Shown piece by piece: positions 39,901 through 49,556 of a DNA stretch of 60,877 nt. The position numbers and the translations under genes were made by a program. Origin of the DNA: a candidate division WOR-3 bacterium. GTDB lineage: Bacteria; Hydrothermota; Tepidihabitantia; Tepidihabitantales; Tepidihabitantaceae. The stretch spans positions 1 to 60,877 of the forward strand of contig CBFGIT010000018.1 of the NCBI GenBank assembly GCA_965648905.1, given 5' to 3'. The notes below the pieces were generated by a model that did no database searches, was not told the DNA's origin, and saw nothing but the letters and a program-made list of their open reading frames with translations. Within the stretch, counting starts at the first letter, position 1; the number at the start of each line of letters is the position of its first letter.

Positions 39901-42620
39901 ACGGCGGATCGTACGGCTGGTACGACTACTACAGCTACACCACGACCTACCCTGAGTCGGTCTACAACAACATCTTCCGCGGCACGAGTTACGCCTGGTA
40001 CAAGTACTACGGCGACAACGTACCGACCGGGATGGACTACAACTGCTTCTACATGGGCTCGGTCGGCGGCAGTATCATCTACCACTCGAGCTACGGCATG
40101 CTGACCCTGGCCGGCTGGCGGAGTGCTTCGGGTCGCGACGCCAACAGTCTCGATGCCGACCCCTTGTTTGTGTCCGAGCTGGCACCCTATGACCTGCACC
40201 TCCAGGGAACGTCGCCTTGCCGAGACACCTGCTACCTCTTCCCGCCGTTCACGACCGACGTCGATGGTGACACGCGCGGTGCCTCGGGCAAGACGAACGA
40301 CATCGGTGGCGATGAGTTCTACATCGACATCGCGGCCCAGTCGATCATCTCGCCGGCGAGTTTGATCCCGGTCGGCGCCACGATTCAACCGAGTGCAGTA
40401 TTCAAGCACATGGGCGGCCCGCGGGCAACGTTCTACGTCAAGATGGTCATCAGGCGCGGAGCGATGCCGGCCTACACCGATTCGGTGCAGGTGACGGTCA
40501 ACCCCGGCGACTCGGTCATCGCGACGTTCGCCAACTGGACCCCGAACATCGTCGCATCGAACTACAGCGCCACCGCGTTCCATCTGATCAGCGGCGACGC
40601 CCACCCCTCCGATGACACGATAGTCAAGAACTTCGCGGTCGGTAACGTCGACGCAGGCATGGTTGCCATTCTCGCACCGCCAGACCAAGCACCGCTCGGT
40701 GGGACCATCTACCCGCAGGTTGTGGTGCGCAACTATGGCGACTTCGAGGCGTCTTGCAACGTCCGGTTCACCATCACTGACCCGACCGACGGCGACCTGA
40801 ACTCCGGCGAAGTCCCAACCGACGACGCCGCCCCACGGCTCGTGCGCAAGGTCGGGCTCGATGCTACGGTCTATGACACAACCGAGGCCGTCATCCTCGC
40901 GGTCGGTGAGCAAGAGACCCTTACGTTCACCAAGCCGTGGAACCCGGCGGTACTCGGCAGCCACAACGCGGCCTGCCGGGTCAGTCTGCTCTATGATACC
41001 GACCCGACCAATGACTATCTGACCAAACCGTTCACGGTTGAACGGATTGACTTCGGTGTCACTCAGGTGGTCGCGCCTGCAGGCAACGTCACTCAGAACA
41101 CCCCGGTGGCACCGAGCATCAAGGTAAAGAACTTTGGCTCGGCCACCGCCTCATGTGGTGCGCGCGTCATCGTGCTCAGTGGCACAACTCCGGTCTACGA
41201 CCAGACCGAAACCGGCATCAGCATCCCGGCCGGTGGCGAAGTGACCCGCACGTTTGCCACGCCGTGGAATGCCGCCCAGCTCGGGCCGTTCACGGTCACC
41301 GCGTACACGATGCACGACTACGACACTGACCCGACCAATGATACAGCATACGGGTCAGGTACGGTCGTGCCGAGCGGCGGCGGCTCCGGCAACTGGACCT
41401 GCGAGAGTCAGATGCCGTCCGGTGCCAAGCCGATTGGCGATGGCGGCTGGCTTGCCTATGCCGACCCGCTGCAGCGGCTGTTCGCGGCCCGCGGCAACAA
41501 GCAGCCCGACCTCTACGCCTTCGACCCGGTCGCCCTCGGCTGGGAGCCCAAGGCTCCATGGCCGAACGGTACCGAGGCCAAGCCGCCGAGCAAGGGTGCG
41601 GTTTCAACGCCGTATCCAGACCCGGACGGCAAGCTCTACGTACTCAAGGGCAACAACACCCTCGGGTTCTGGAGCTACGACGTCAACTTGGACTCCTGGA
41701 AGCAGCTTGCCGACATTCCGCAGGGAACCGGCAAGAAGATCAAGGGCGGAAGCGACCTGGTCTACCACAACGGCAAGGTCTACTGCCTCAAGGGCATCAC
41801 CAACGAGTTCCTGGCCTATGACGTGGCCAGCGACTCCTGGCAGCCCCTCCCGGCCGTCACGGCCCCGAACACCAAGTTCGACAAGGGCTCATGGCTCTGC
41901 CTTGATGAGGCGGCCGGTAAGGTCTACTGCCATCAGGCCAAGTACCACGCGTTCTACGCCTACGACATCGCGGGCGGAACCTGGGGCGCGGCGCTCAAGG
42001 GCATGCCCACAATCAACAGCCTGGGCAAGAAGAAGAAGTCCAAGGACGGCGGTTCGGGCACGTTCCGCAACGACAACATCTTCGCCTTCAAGGGCGGGAA
42101 CACCTGCGAGTTCTGGAAGTACGCCATCAACGGCGACTCCTGGAGCGAGCTGACCGAAATCCCGCTGACCGGCCTGAGCGGTGCGAAGAAGAAGGTGAAG
42201 GGCGGCGGTGACCTGGTGACCCTGAACCCACAGCCCAACCCGCTGATCTACGCCCTCAAGGGCAACAAGACGAACGAAATCTGGAAGTATGAGTCGTTCG
42301 CGGCCCTGAGCATCAATCCGCGGGCAGCTCGGTCCGGCGTGATGGCCGTGACCACCGACAACCGTCGGCTGTCACTCTCGGTCTCGCCCAACCCGCTCGC
42401 CACCGGCTTTGCGACCCTGTCCTACAACCTGCCTCAGCCTGGTGCCGCAACCGTGCACGTCTATGACGCTGCGGGCCGGGCGGTGCTGGTGCGGAGTCTG
42501 GCAGTAGGACGCACTGGCCAGGTCGGACTCGATCTGCGCTCACTGAGTGCGGGCGTGTATCTGGTGAAACTCTCAACCGAGAGCCTCACTGCCACGCACA
42601 AGCTCGTGGTCGAGCGCTAG
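36981..42620 (+). CDS. 1879-aa surface protein: three Tyr-rich parallel beta-helix modules, three CARDB-like domains, Kelch-like propeller, T9SS-type CTD
   Basis: SD AAGGAGG; signal peptide; repeated YGIY/N.I; HL...SPC..DIDGDTR..IGADE; KGN.T repeats; ends LSAGVYLVKL..KLVVER. Confidence 0.9.
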   Translation: MTRRTSLIFLLLVLAAGAALAQPMSGTYYVKKGVSQADTFPSVYAACQALSTRQTSGNVTINIFSGYYDEGYMYLYYVNQSRPQDTITIQALPGQDVTVYSLSSYVVYSYYTYNLKLKNLKLICASSYGLYMYYAQGWRVENCLIRATSYCVYASSGCNYDSFIGNDLKGGSYTMYLYNSSYAYGHYLANNFIYGWTSYGIYGYYGYYWKLLYNTIIGSGSYALAWYYQYGDTLKNNILQANSYAVYRYYGDNVPAYSNYNAFWLNGGTTSSPVIYSSTYGAQTLAQWQSSSGRDGNSIQQNPQTGGVMNPHLRSTSPCINAGNPWPGITKDIDGDTRSTSTPCIGADEFTTVGSPMSGTYYIKLGTSAADTFPSFEKANANLAVRGQAGNVTFVVFGGIYKENIDLTGLENGPYWVNYIARTSGSPPVPDEVIVQATGSYGITLRGNKRVRFRNLNLVGWTGYGFYLYYKSTTTGGGCDTIVIDGCKVSGGSYPIYAYNYYGGSDDSIFGCELRGTSYGLYLYGSSSYQNQRNFIANNIITGWGSYGIYAYYQYNAKYIYNTILGTGSYAVYNYYPYGDTWKNNILQANTYAMYRYYGDAVPAYSDYNDFWLNGGSSSSLVIYSNTYGAQTLLQWRTSSGRDGNSIQLDPLTGGVINPHLRTGSPCINAGNPWPGITKDIDGDTRSSTTPCIGADEYTTVGSPMSGVYTIKQAGGGDFRNFQEALGQLALRGFGGNVQFDAYDGNYFGMLNFNGVGNGANRLYVRAYPGQNVVVTAGSSYGIYLYNNQRIRIEGITFTGYTSYGCYATSYYSNQNTTDSCAIVGNTFNGASGIYLNYCDWDTIANNTINATSSYGIYVYGYSGAPYSLNNVISGNTITGWTSYGIMAYYQDSLKIVGNTVRSTGSYGIYPNYCNRTQIIGNIIEAGAYGIYDYAGSTTYGNKEVFANNLCRGGSFGLYTYYLTGAKIINNSFYGGSYGWYDYYSYTTTYPESVYNNIFRGTSYAWYKYYGDNVPTGMDYNCFYMGSVGGSIIYHSSYGMLTLAGWRSASGRDANSLDADPLFVSELAPYDLHLQGTSPCRDTCYLFPPFTTDVDGDTRGASGKTNDIGGDEFYIDIAAQSIISPASLIPVGATIQPSAVFKHMGGPRATFYVKMVIRRGAMPAYTDSVQVTVNPGDSVIATFANWTPNIVASNYSATAFHLISGDAHPSDDTIVKNFAVGNVDAGMVAILAPPDQAPLGGTIYPQVVVRNYGDFEASCNVRFTITDPTDGDLNSGEVPTDDAAPRLVRKVGLDATVYDTTEAVILAVGEQETLTFTKPWNPAVLGSHNAACRVSLLYDTDPTNDYLTKPFTVERIDFGVTQVVAPAGNVTQNTPVAPSIKVKNFGSATASCGARVIVLSGTTPVYDQTETGISIPAGGEVTRTFATPWNAAQLGPFTVTAYTMHDYDTDPTNDTAYGSGTVVPSGGGSGNWTCESQMPSGAKPIGDGGWLAYADPLQRLFAARGNKQPDLYAFDPVALGWEPKAPWPNGTEAKPPSKGAVSTPYPDPDGKLYVLKGNNTLGFWSYDVNLDSWKQLADIPQGTGKKIKGGSDLVYHNGKVYCLKGITNEFLAYDVASDSWQPLPAVTAPNTKFDKGSWLCLDEAAGKVYCHQAKYHAFYAYDIAGGTWGAALKGMPTINSLGKKKKSKDGGSGTFRNDNIFAFKGGNTCEFWKYAINGDSWSELTEIPLTGLSGAKKKVKGGGDLVTLNPQPNPLIYALKGNKTNEIWKYESFAALSINPRAARSGVMAVTTDNRRLSLSVSPNPLATGFATLSYNLPQPGAATVHVYDAAGRAVLVRSLAVGRTGQVGLDLRSLSAGVYLVKLSTESLTATHKLVVER
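37545..39101 (+). repeat. Intragenic duplication (about 37545-38057 vs 38589-39101, offset 1044 bp)
   Basis: Near-identical peptides KNNILQAN..FWLNGG..GRDGNSIQ..SPCINAGNPWPGITKDIDGDTR. Confidence 0.85.
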
Positions 42621-42637
42621 TTCGACCCGATAACCTC

Positions 42638-42671
42638 ACAGGGGCGGCCCTTGGGCCGCCCCTGTTTTCTT
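42638..42671 (+). terminator. Intrinsic terminator
   Basis: ACAGGGGCGGCCC/GGGCCGCCCCTGT followed by TTTCTT. Confidence 0.85.
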
Positions 42672-42695
42672 GGTGGAAACGATAATGCCGAACAG

Positions 42696-43340
42696 CTAGC
42701 CGGTGCAGACCAGCCGGAGAGTTGTCGTGGTTGAGCCGGTTCGGGCCAGGACAAGATATGCTCCTGGGCCGAAATGACGCGTATCAATGAGCAATGCGCC
42801 GTTCACCCTTCCAGACCAGACAACCCGACCGGAAGCGTCCGCGATACGAACCGTGACCGGCCCGGTCAGACGCGATGCGATTCGCAGGCTGGTCTGGCTG
42901 GAGAACGGATTCGGCTCAGCCTCAATGACCGATCCAACCAGAGGCCGCCGACTCTGCCCGGCAAGACCAAGCAGCAGCGAGTCTTTGAACATGACCCGCG
43001 ACTCCTGGTCGTCGTCCGTCCGCGGCAGTTCATACCAGACATTCGGCTCAGGCGCATCAATCGTATACGACAACGATGTTCCGCCGACGTTGTACTGCAG
43101 CTCGGCCATCTCCGGCCAGGCGGCCAGCGGTCGGAACTGGTGGGTATCGGTCATCTGAGCCCGACCACCCCAGCCTGGAGTTGGCTCACGAACCGGCTCC
43201 GAACCTCCGGGCAGATACCAAACAACACTGTCAATCCTCGTCACGTACGCACCGGTCTCAAGAATCCCGGCAACCTCGACTCCAGAAGCCAGCGATGCCG
43301 CCAGCAGAACGAGCGCAGCACAAAACAGAAACTTACTCAC
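42696..43340 (-). CDS. Small secreted protein with T9SS-type CTD
   Basis: SD AAGGAGG; signal peptide; PNPF..I.DASGRVV..GAYLV; promoter TTGACT-N16-TACACT at 43377-43404. Confidence 0.8.
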   Translation of the reverse strand: MSKFLFCAALVLLAASLASGVEVAGILETGAYVTRIDSVVWYLPGGSEPVREPTPGWGGRAQMTDTHQFRPLAAWPEMAELQYNVGGTSLSYTIDAPEPNVWYELPRTDDDQESRVMFKDSLLLGLAGQSRRPLVGSVIEAEPNPFSSQTSLRIASRLTGPVTVRIADASGRVVWSGRVNGALLIDTRHFGPGAYLVLARTGSTTTTLRLVCTG

Positions 43341-43659
43341 GGGACTTCCTCCTTATGTGGTTGATTGTTGGTTAGAAGTGTAGCCCTGACCGTATCCGAG
43401 TCAAGCCAACTTGTTCACCGGTACTCAGCCGGTCAATTGCCCTGCAGTCCCAAAGCGACAGGGCAAGCGGCTCTCCTGACCACGCGAGAGCTGCCCGGCG
43501 CACCAGAAGGGGTAGTATCGTTAACCGCAACCCTGCCCGGCACCGGAGTAATGACCGCGCCCAGAACTGGACAAGCCAGGAATGCGTGTTACAATTTGGG
43601 TGCGTTCCCGTCCCTCTTTTCCCGCTGTCAACTAACCGCGTTCAACCCGGGAGGAAACC

Positions 43660-43986
43660 ATGGCCCGCGCGCCGAATACCGATGCAAAGGGACGGCCGTT
43701 TGCCCGATACTTAGTTGACCGGGTCTGGCTCAAGGCCGAGCCCGTGTCCGGCTTCTACATGTTCCGCCGCGATGCATGCGGAACCGAAATTGCCAAGCAG
43801 GAGTTCGGCAAGACGACTCCGCTCGGCTGGGAAGTAGATCACATCAGACCCATTGCCTTGGGTGGAACCGACGACCTGGACAACCTCCAGCCGCTGCACT
43901 GGAAGAACAACCGCAGAAAGGCTGATACCTGGCCGGACTGGCGCCCGGCTACCTGCACAGGGAACACGTCCGGTCAAACACCATAA
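43660..43986 (+). CDS. HNH endonuclease
   Basis: GWEVDHIRPIALGGTDDLDNLQPLHWKNNRRK; SD GGAGG; promoter TGGACA-N16-TACAAT at 43568-43595. Confidence 0.88.
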   Translation: MARAPNTDAKGRPFARYLVDRVWLKAEPVSGFYMFRRDACGTEIAKQEFGKTTPLGWEVDHIRPIALGGTDDLDNLQPLHWKNNRRKADTWPDWRPATCTGNTSGQTP

Positions 43987-44007
43987 CGCAACCTGATGCG
44001 GCCGCAG

Positions 44008-44535
44008 CTAGCGCGGCCGCCTGACCTTGACCCCGGCTTCGGCCAGCATCCTACGGGCCAGCCGATCCGGGTATGGCTCGCTCACGACGAATTCGCTGAT
44101 CCGGGCATTCAGGAGCATCTTGGCGCAGGTGATGCACGGCTCGTGGGTGCAGTAAAGCGTCGCACCGGAGACGTTGATGCCGAAAGCTGCAGCCTGCACC
44201 AGGGCGTTCTGCTCAGCATGGATGCCACGGCAGACCTCAATCCGCTCTGCCGGCCTTATCTTCAACTTCTCACGCAAACACCCGACCTCGTCGCAGTGCG
44301 GCAGTCCATGGGCTGCACCATTGTATCCGGTGCAGAGGATGCGTTTATCGCGCACCAATACCGCACCAACCTTACGACGCAGACAGGTCGAGCGTTCGCT
44401 CACCAGTTGCGCAATGTCCAGAAAGTAGTGGTCCCAGGACTTGCGATTCCGGGCCCTGAGTTTCGGGTTCAGGACCGGAGCGGTTCGCGCCTGCGTCCTT
44501 CGTGCTTCGTTCTTCGTGCTTCTCCTCAGCGCCAT
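44008..44535 (-). CDS. dCMP deaminase (ComEB-like)
   Basis: [28 protein letters not shown]. Confidence 0.92.
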   Translation of the reverse strand: MALRRSTKNEARRTQARTAPVLNPKLRARNRKSWDHYFLDIAQLVSERSTCLRRKVGAVLVRDKRILCTGYNGAAHGLPHCDEVGCLREKLKIRPAERIEVCRGIHAEQNALVQAAAFGINVSGATLYCTHEPCITCAKMLLNARISEFVVSEPYPDRLARRMLAEAGVKVRRPR

Positions 44536-47500
44536 CTAGTGGAGCAATACCGTCTTGGCTACGGTCGAACCGGACTCGTCTGACAGCCGCAGCCAGTAGA
44601 CGCCGGCCGCGAGCCGGCGACCTGAGTCGTCGTTGCCGTCCCAGACCGCGTCGTACCGACCCGACTGGTGCGGACCGCGGGCAAGCTGGCGCACAAGCCG
44701 ACCAGCCCGGTCGAACACGCCGAGGGATACATTAGCTACGCGTGGAATTGAGTAACTAAGGCAGGCGATGTCCCGTACCGGGTTCGTGGCGCTGATGATG
44801 GCCAGCCGGGCAACGCTGCCTGCTCCGACTCTAGGTTCAGCGATGCCGGTGGGATCAACCGTCGTGTACTTGACCGCGCGGCCGCTCGCGAGCGCGGCGC
44901 AGCCGCGGTTGTAGCTATTCTCATTGAGACAGGTTATGCCGATGGTGCAGGTCGGGTCTTCAATCCCGACCGTCGAACTGGTCCAGTCGTTGCACGAGTG
45001 ATACTGTATCACCACCACGTTATCCCCGGTCGGCGTAGAGACGATTGTATCGTAGATGACAAACTGACCCTTGATGAATGATGTCCGGGGCGAGTACTTG
45101 CAGACCGAGTCGAACTCGACGATGAAACGGTGATTGTCTGCATCGTGATAGTACCAGACTCCGCCGCCCGCCGGCGGATACAGGTCGTCCCAGAACAGAG
45201 CGAGCTGGGCCGGGCTGGTGCCATCCGGCAGCGCGACATTGTTGTAGCCGGAGTTCGTCGTCGAGCCCGGAGAAATCCAGCCGTTGCCGCAGATCGAAAC
45301 CTGGGTGAAAGTCGAGCCATAGTACCGCCACGGCCCGAACCCGGTCGGCAGACTGACGACAACAGTCTGGTCGTCGCTCAAGGTCAGACGCGTGCCCAGC
45401 CCGCGGATTTCGACCCAATCGTACTGAGGATGCTGGGCATAACCCGAATCAACGTCGTCGTATGCCCAGTAGAGTGGCGGCTGGCGCGGTCCGTCCGGAA
45501 TCGGATCAATCGCCCGCAGCTCACCGACCGTGATCGTGAACCGGATGCTGTCCTGATAGTCTGCGCCCGAGACGTACATCATCATCTGGGCCACGTGTTC
45601 ACGCGGGGTGTTGATGTCGGCCACAACTGCAAACCTGTCTCCGGTATTGATCCGGACCGAGTCCGGCTCGATATTGCCGTACGAGCCGACAGAATCGACA
45701 ACCGTGACGTATTGGTCCGCAGTCGAGAGCACCGCGGTAACATTGGCGAGACCGACCCGGCCCGCATTCTTCAGCGTAACCAGGAATCCGGCGCTCTCGC
45801 CCGGGTCGAGCTTGCCGTCGTTGTTGCCGCCCGGCGGCGAGTCAAGCACGGTCTGACCCTGGTAGACGAGTGCCGGCGCATTCACTACCACTGCCTCGAT
45901 CGCGTCGAGGTCGAACCCGGCATAAGGCCCGGTCGGTCCGACATTGTCGTCGGCAATCCGGACAAACCGGGCCGTCGAAAGCCCGGCAACCGACAGGTCA
46001 TAACCTTGCGTCCCCATGCCGAACCCGAGATAGCGCCAGTTCGAGTTCCAGTCATTGGACACATAGACACTGCATCCTTCAACGTCCGCATCACCCTCGA
46101 TCACGTAGAAGTCCGCGCCCGGCCCATTGATGATTGGACTCCGCTTGCCCATGTCGTACGTGGCCCAGCCGCCATTGCCCAGAGAGAACCGGCGGTTATC
46201 AGCCCGGCCCAAAGCCCACCAGGCATTCGTCGGGTTGGTGTTGGCCGGATTCTCTCTTATCTTGTTCGCAATGACCTTGAACGCGCAGACCGGTTCGGCC
46301 GTGTCAGGTGCCAGCGCAATATTGACGACCGTAAAAGAGTCGGTCGGCACGACCACGCCCGTAACTGTCTTCGACCTATAGCCGTTAGCGACCGCGGTCA
46401 CGGTGTAGGTCCCTGCCCCGAGGTACTTGTGAAAATAGCCGATTGAGTCCGAGTACGTAAACCAGTCTGGCGGGTTTGTGACGATGAGGGCGTAGAGCGG
46501 CTGGCCCGAGACCGAGTCTGTGATATAGCCCATCACGCCCCGATTGACGCGCTGAATCTGCTCTTTCATTGCGGTCCAGTTCTTGCGGCAGATGGTATCG
46601 ATCTCGCCAACCGGGCTGGGCTGGCCGTTACAGACCTCGTGGCCGAACCCGAGCGCACCCCGGGCTCCATAGTACCAGTCAGTCGAGCCGCCGTGCACCG
46701 AGTACAGACCGCGCGCAATCTGGTAGGCCGGGTAGTTGCAGATGCTGCCGTAACGCTGCATCTCCCACGCGTTCAGCACCGAATCCATCGTCGCCTTGGT
46801 CGTATAGCCCCAGCACCACATCGATGCCGTGGTCCCGGAATGATACTGGGTCCACATCGCCATCGGGTTCTCTTCCCCGAGATGATAGAAGCAGTTCGCC
46901 TCGGGCTCGCTGAAGACCGACGGCCCGCCCGCATCCCACGAGTAGCCGTAGTTGCGGTTGCAGTCCACGCCGTGACCGTTGTAGCGGGAACGGGAGACCA
47001 GGCCGTCCGGATTGTCCATCGGACAGAGCCAGATTTCCCGGTTGTTGACGAGGTAAGTGATAAGTGGGTCAGAGCCGTAGTCCGACACGAGCCGAATCAG
47101 CGCCCAGTGGGCAATCTCGCAGCCGTTGTTCTCGTTGCCGTGAATCGAGAAGTCGAAGCAGATTCTCGGCTCGCCTTCCATCACGGTCGGGTTGTCCGAC
47201 ACTTTCATCGCCAGAAGCAGCCGGCCGCCGGCCGAGATGCCGATGGTATCGAGCACGCAGATGTCCGGGTGGTTCTGGGCAATGACAATCCAGGTGTCAC
47301 GTAATTGCTCGTAGGTGTGAAAGAATGCGTCAAGCTCCAGGGCCCGGGCCCGCACGTCCGGCACGATGACCTCGACGTCGTAACCGAGGCGCAAGAGCTC
47401 CTTGTAGAATGGCTCGTTGATTGCGCCGATGAACCACTCCGGAGTCACTTCGTAGAACTCCAGCACCTCGTCGGCCAAGCTCGGCAACTGGTCCAGCCGG

Positions 47501-47610
47501 GCATAGACCTTGACTTTCATCTCGACGATGTCCAGATAGCCTGCGGCAAAGGCCGGGACCAGCATCCCGGTCACAAGCAGCAGCGAAAGCAGAACCGACT
47601 TACGATTCAC
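44536..47610 (-). CDS. M14 zinc carboxypeptidase with Ig-like domains and FlgD-like/T9SS CTD
   Basis: SD AGGAG and GTG 47610; HGNE, NPDG, NRNY, SEPE, YHS, GGSTDW; WDGNDDSGRRLAAGVY; promoter TTTACG-N16-TAGAAT at 47640-47667. Confidence 0.9.
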   Translation of the reverse strand: MNRKSVLLSLLLVTGMLVPAFAAGYLDIVEMKVKVYARLDQLPSLADEVLEFYEVTPEWFIGAINEPFYKELLRLGYDVEVIVPDVRARALELDAFFHTYEQLRDTWIVIAQNHPDICVLDTIGISAGGRLLLAMKVSDNPTVMEGEPRICFDFSIHGNENNGCEIAHWALIRLVSDYGSDPLITYLVNNREIWLCPMDNPDGLVSRSRYNGHGVDCNRNYGYSWDAGGPSVFSEPEANCFYHLGEENPMAMWTQYHSGTTASMWCWGYTTKATMDSVLNAWEMQRYGSICNYPAYQIARGLYSVHGGSTDWYYGARGALGFGHEVCNGQPSPVGEIDTICRKNWTAMKEQIQRVNRGVMGYITDSVSGQPLYALIVTNPPDWFTYSDSIGYFHKYLGAGTYTVTAVANGYRSKTVTGVVVPTDSFTVVNIALAPDTAEPVCAFKVIANKIRENPANTNPTNAWWALGRADNRRFSLGNGGWATYDMGKRSPIINGPGADFYVIEGDADVEGCSVYVSNDWNSNWRYLGFGMGTQGYDLSVAGLSTARFVRIADDNVGPTGPYAGFDLDAIEAVVVNAPALVYQGQTVLDSPPGGNNDGKLDPGESAGFLVTLKNAGRVGLANVTAVLSTADQYVTVVDSVGSYGNIEPDSVRINTGDRFAVVADINTPREHVAQMMMYVSGADYQDSIRFTITVGELRAIDPIPDGPRQPPLYWAYDDVDSGYAQHPQYDWVEIRGLGTRLTLSDDQTVVVSLPTGFGPWRYYGSTFTQVSICGNGWISPGSTTNSGYNNVALPDGTSPAQLALFWDDLYPPAGGGVWYYHDADNHRFIVEFDSVCKYSPRTSFIKGQFVIYDTIVSTPTGDNVVVIQYHSCNDWTSSTVGIEDPTCTIGITCLNENSYNRGCAALASGRAVKYTTVDPTGIAEPRVGAGSVARLAIISATNPVRDIACLSYSIPRVANVSLGVFDRAGRLVRQLARGPHQSGRYDAVWDGNDDSGRRLAAGVYWLRLSDESGSTVAKTVLLH

Positions 47611-47683
47611 ATGTACTCCTGTGTTTTGGGTAGGCAGAGATTCTAGCCTCGAACCCCCAGACGTAAAGACCGAATCTGACCGG

Positions 47684-49555
47684 CTATTCGACCACCACCA
47701 ATCTGCCCGGCTGTTCCAGCCCGGCCGCACGCACCAGGTAGACGCCGGCCCCGGGCGCGCTGAACTCCAGTCGGTGCTCACCTTCAGGCAGCGGCTGCCG
47801 CGCGAGCACGGCCACAACCCGGCCGGCTCGGTCGAACACCTGAACCGGACCTGAGGTACCCTGCCGCAGTTGGATTGCCGCCCGGCCCGCGCGCACAATG
47901 CTGCCGTCCGGATAAGACCAGACACTCTGCCGCATCTCGACGCACGGCCCGGCGCTGATTGAAGACACCGGGGCCCTGAACCAGCCGGTTCGCTCCTTGT
48001 TGAACCGGAAGGTCGGGCACAGCATAAGGTTCGGCTGGAACCGAGCCGCACCGTCGAAAACATACAGCAGACCGTTTTTGCCCTCCATCAGTACCTCGAC
48101 CAGACTGTCCCGGTCTATGTCGGCAAAGAACGGGGTCTTGGACAGCGGGATTACGCCTTCGATAAAAGCGTAGCTGCCGGCGTCTGGTATCCAGTAGGTC
48201 GAAAACCCGGTTCTGGGCCATCCCGGGCTCGAGGTACCATCGTGGTTGACGCAGTAGAAGTTCGAGTCGCAGCCCGCGGTCATTATCTCGAGTGTCGGGT
48301 CAGAGTCAAAGTTACCGATGCCGGGCGAGTACCAGATAGCGTTACGCGTGACGACCGGGAAGCCGTGCAGCGATGTTCCGTCGTGCTGGAGCGCATGCAC
48401 CCGACCGGCCCAGCGGGTGTTCGTCGACTCACGACCGGAAGAGCCGATGACGATTTCGAGGTTACCGTCGTGGTTCAAGTCGGCAAACGCCGGACTGGCA
48501 AACGCCCGGGTGACTCCGGCTGATGGTAAATGGTACCGGGCATCGGTTGTCAGGTTCACCGGGAATCCACGGCGCATGTTGCCCGCGCTGTCGTAGACGT
48601 CAAGGAAACCCGGACGCCGGGCAACCACGATTTCGTACTCGCCGTCACCATCCAGATCCGCAACCGCGGGCGACGAATAGTCCGGCGTGTAGCCGGCACC
48701 CGGCCCCTCAGTCTGCCAGTGACGCCGGACCGTGCCGTTGCTGTTGAATATCCATAACCTCCGCTCGATAAGAGGGTATGGATACTCACGCTGAAACCAG
48801 CCGGAGTGACAGATGATTTCCATCTGGCCGTCGCCGTCCAGGTCGCAGACCGCCGGACTCGTGTAGGCGCCGTGCCGATCCAGGGTGTCGGTGTAAAACA
48901 GGTACTTCCAGAGCGAATCGCCATTCGGCCTGAGCACATACAGCCCGGCGCCCGGCTTGCGAATCGAGCCTAAGTCCTCGACCTGGACCACGACTTCAAT
49001 CACGCCGTCACCGTTTATGTCGGCGGCCACGACTTCGGAGTGACTGTCATGATACGGATTCTCAGGCCAGCCGGGCAGGATGAACGGCCAGCCCGGTTTG
49101 ACCCGACCGGTCATGCCATCAAGGGCGTAGATCCGGCACTTGTACGCCGGCGGGTCAGGAAAGAAAGTCTCGGCCATCGGGACGAGCAGGTCGTCACGGC
49201 CGTCATTGTCGATGTCGGCCAGAGTCACGGACGGCATCTCCGGATTGCCCGAATAGCCCCACGTATCCTGCCAGACCAGCGACAGGTCATGGTCAAGCAC
49301 GACAATTTTCGTGATGTTCAAGTCATTAGGCGCAGGCCAGGACAGACGACAAACAACCTCAGGCCACGGGTCGTCGTCAAGATTGCCCAGATTCACGGCC
49401 ACGCCCCAGCGACCCGACAGATTGACCGTCGTGTCGTCGAGCGGTGACTCAACCTGCTCGGTCTGAGTGCCGGTCGGCGTTACCGTGGTTTTCATCCAGA
49501 CGCGGCCGGGAGCCGGTTGCCCGGCAACCAGCGCGAGCATGATAATCAGCGACAT
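47684..49555 (-). CDS. FG-GAP/VCBS repeat secreted protein with CTD
   Basis: Repeated SPAVADLDGDGEYEI-type motifs, GWP/GFP; GAGVYLVR. Confidence 0.88.
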   Translation of the reverse strand: MSLIIMLALVAGQPAPGRVWMKTTVTPTGTQTEQVESPLDDTTVNLSGRWGVAVNLGNLDDDPWPEVVCRLSWPAPNDLNITKIVVLDHDLSLVWQDTWGYSGNPEMPSVTLADIDNDGRDDLLVPMAETFFPDPPAYKCRIYALDGMTGRVKPGWPFILPGWPENPYHDSHSEVVAADINGDGVIEVVVQVEDLGSIRKPGAGLYVLRPNGDSLWKYLFYTDTLDRHGAYTSPAVCDLDGDGQMEIICHSGWFQREYPYPLIERRLWIFNSNGTVRRHWQTEGPGAGYTPDYSSPAVADLDGDGEYEIVVARRPGFLDVYDSAGNMRRGFPVNLTTDARYHLPSAGVTRAFASPAFADLNHDGNLEIVIGSSGRESTNTRWAGRVHALQHDGTSLHGFPVVTRNAIWYSPGIGNFDSDPTLEIMTAGCDSNFYCVNHDGTSSPGWPRTGFSTYWIPDAGSYAFIEGVIPLSKTPFFADIDRDSLVEVLMEGKNGLLYVFDGAARFQPNLMLCPTFRFNKERTGWFRAPVSSISAGPCVEMRQSVWSYPDGSIVRAGRAAIQLRQGTSGPVQVFDRAGRVVAVLARQPLPEGEHRLEFSAPGAGVYLVRAAGLEQPGRLVVVE

Positions 49556-49556
49556 G

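Noticed and set aside
39042..40964. 640-aa minus-strand ORF and other long antisense ORFs
   Set aside because: Shadows of strongly GC3-biased real genes; no motifs or SD
47611..48063. N-terminal extension of the M14 ORF to 48063
   Set aside because: Overlaps the FG-GAP gene; promoter, SD and signal peptide point to GTG 47610
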